A stretch of DNA of 63,789 nucleotides, filler included, from Anaerolineae bacterium (GTDB lineage Bacteria > Chloroflexota > Anaerolineae > B4-G1 > DUEL01): NCBI GenBank assembly GCA_041082215.1. It is 5 parts of 5 records of this genome, joined end to end, with 100 filler letters (N's around TTAATTAATTAA, not from the genome) between each part and the next. Parts side by side here need not be neighbours in the genome. Positions count along the whole stretch, not along the records: positions 62,164 to 63,789 come from JBDOIF010000007.1; 4 more parts are not named here. One strand, written 5' to 3'. Under the pieces are notes generated by a model. That model was given only the letters and a program-made list of their open reading frames with translations. It was not told the origin of the DNA and did not search any database. Positions 62,064 through 63,789 of this stretch are shown here, piece after piece. The position numbers were made by a program, and so were the translations under genes. Every line of letters begins with the position of its first letter. Within the stretch, counting starts at the first letter, position 1.

Positions 62064-62163
62064 NNNNNNNNNNNNNNNNNNNNNNNNNNNNNNNNNNNNN
62101 NNNNNNNTTAATTAATTAANNNNNNNNNNNNNNNNNNNNNNNNNNNNNNNNNNNNNNNNNNNN
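62064..62163. other. Artificial contig linker
   Basis: N runs flanking TTAATTAATTAA. Confidence 0.99.
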
Positions 62164-63732
62164 AGCCGGACGCTGAGCCCTGCGGAGGTTACCGGGGCCT
62201 GGCAGAGGGAAGGGGTACACCTCGTGTACACAGGGCCGGGCAAACAGGGGCGCGCCCAGTTTCTGGGCGGCTTTGTTGTGCGCCTGGACCACGTCGTGCT
62301 GCTCGATACGGATGGTGACCAGAGCACCACCGATGACCAGATCGTGGCGAACGGCAGCATCTCCTTCGATCCGAGTTATTGTTTTCGCCTTTCGATCCGC
62401 GGGCACAAGATCGAGAAGGCATACTTTGCCTACACGGCCAGTGAGCAGGTAGAGGTGGGGATCGAATCGCGGCTGGAGATCCCCGGCCTGAACCAGAGCC
62501 TGGAAGTTGCGCGGTACAGGTTTGCTCCGTTCACGATCTACATCGCGGGGTTCCCCGTGGTCTTTATCCCGGTGCTTAAGGTGGAAGTAGGGGTACAAGG
62601 CGACGTACATGTGGGGATATCTGCGGGGATCAGCCAGCAGACGACGCTGAAGGCCGGGGTGCAATACAGCGGGGGCAGTTGGGCACCGATCGGCGAGCTG
62701 ACGGCGACTTTTGACTTTATCCCCCCGACGCTTTCGGCCGGAATGGAGTTGCGCGGCTTTCTTGGGCCGAGGTTGAATCTGCTGCTCTACGGTCTGGAGG
62801 GGCCCCATGCGAAGCTCGACGCTTACCTGCGCCTGGAAGTGGATCCCTTGGCCACTCCCTGGTGGCAGTTGTTCGGCGGGATGGAGGTAATCGTGGGCAT
62901 CTACACGGAGGTGTTGGGCCAGACGCTGTTGAGCATCGAGAAGAGCGTGATCCACTACGAGAAGCCCTTGGCCCAGGCAAAGTCGACCCCGAGCCCGACG
63001 ACTGTCGTGACCGCGCCTGCTCTGGCGACGTTGACACCGTATCCCGCTACCAAGCCCCCTACGCCATCTCCGCCCGTCCCGCCTGTCCGGGATGGCACCC
63101 CCGTGCCGCGGCCGGCGGCGCGCATCTCCCCGGGGAACGCGGCGCAGGTCGTCCAGCTGGCCCGCCTGGGGAGAGGCCAGATCGGCGAAGTCGCCTACTC
63201 GCCCGACGGCCGACTGCTGGCGGTAGCGTCTTCGATCGGGGTGTACCTCTACGAGGCCCGTACGCTTCAGGTGGTGCGCTTCCTGGAAACCGAGGATTGG
63301 GTGTGGAGCGTTTCCTTCTCCCCGGACGGGGGGCTGCTGGCCTCGGGGAGGTATGATGGAACCATCCGGCTGTGGCGGGTATCGGACGGGGGGCTCGTGC
63401 GCACGCTGGAGGGGCACAGGGGCTGGGTGTGGAGCGTTTCCTTCTCCCCGGGCGGAGAGATGGTGGCCTCGGGGTCAGAGGATGGAACCATCCGGCTGTG
63501 GCGGGTATCGGACGGGGCGCTCCAGCGCACGCTGGCGGGGCCCGGGGGTTCTGTGTGGAGCGTTTCCTTCTCCCCGCACGGGGAGATGGTGGCCTCGGGG
63601 TCGGAGGATGGACCGATCCGGCTGTGGCGGGTATCGGACGGACGGCTCCTGCGCACGCTGGAGGGGCACACGGGCCCTGTGTCTAGCGTTTCCTTCTCCC
63701 CGGGCGGGGAGATGGTGGCCTCGGGGTCATAG
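62164..63732 (+). CDS. WD40-repeat protein with beta-rich N-terminal domain and Pro/Thr linker (partial)
   Basis: 42-aa repeats LEGH..WVWSVSFSPDG..LASGS.DGTIRLW. Confidence 0.88.
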   Translation, partial: SRTLSPAEVTGAWQREGVHLVYTGPGKQGRAQFLGGFVVRLDHVVLLDTDGDQSTTDDQIVANGSISFDPSYCFRLSIRGHKIEKAYFAYTASEQVEVGIESRLEIPGLNQSLEVARYRFAPFTIYIAGFPVVFIPVLKVEVGVQGDVHVGISAGISQQTTLKAGVQYSGGSWAPIGELTATFDFIPPTLSAGMELRGFLGPRLNLLLYGLEGPHAKLDAYLRLEVDPLATPWWQLFGGMEVIVGIYTEVLGQTLLSIEKSVIHYEKPLAQAKSTPSPTTVVTAPALATLTPYPATKPPTPSPPVPPVRDGTPVPRPAARISPGNAAQVVQLARLGRGQIGEVAYSPDGRLLAVASSIGVYLYEARTLQVVRFLETEDWVWSVSFSPDGGLLASGRYDGTIRLWRVSDGGLVRTLEGHRGWVWSVSFSPGGEMVASGSEDGTIRLWRVSDGALQRTLAGPGGSVWSVSFSPHGEMVASGSEDGPIRLWRVSDGRLLRTLEGHTGPVSSVSFSPGGEMVASGS

Positions 63733-63789
63733 GATGGAACCATCCGGATGTCGCGGGTGGCGGGCGGGGGGCTCGTGCGCACGCTGGAG

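Noticed and set aside
63730..63732. In-frame TAG within a WD40 repeat (possible recoding or pyrrolysine)
   Set aside because: GAG-to-TAG change amid several other mismatches in the last 60 bp; more likely a low-quality end or repeat decay

Overview
The window is five GC-rich contig pieces joined by artificial 100-bp N/TTAATTAATTAA linkers (2836-2935, 21643-21742, 53135-53234, 62064-62163), so gene neighbourhoods do not extend across the linkers. Gene content and style suggest a Chloroflexota (Anaerolineae-like) genome; this is inference. Most of the window is housekeeping: tmk, gmk, trmFO, purA, tRNA-Glu, greA, lysS, serS, proS, uvrA, Glu/Leu/Phe/Val dehydrogenase, gatCAB, alr, a liv-type ABC transporter, galU and miaA. 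It also holds a surface-glycosylation cluster and three toxin-antitoxin pairs. Four things stand out. (1) A three-gene cassette with its own promoter encodes a CHAT caspase-like protease with a Zn-ribbon insert, a Trypco2-like protein and a protein with a possible COMM-like C-terminus. (2) A radical SAM/SPASM enzyme carries two D-C-A-C-A motifs in its own N-terminus, next to GNAT and TPR-like genes. (3) GTAG-type REP palindromes and heptamer repeats have entered housekeeping genes in frame (6 x 27 bp in gatA, two inserts in uvrA). (4) A 14-nt perfect complement of the 16S rRNA 3' end, with no start codon after it, lies in the livK leader. All calls come from reading the sequence; no searches were run.
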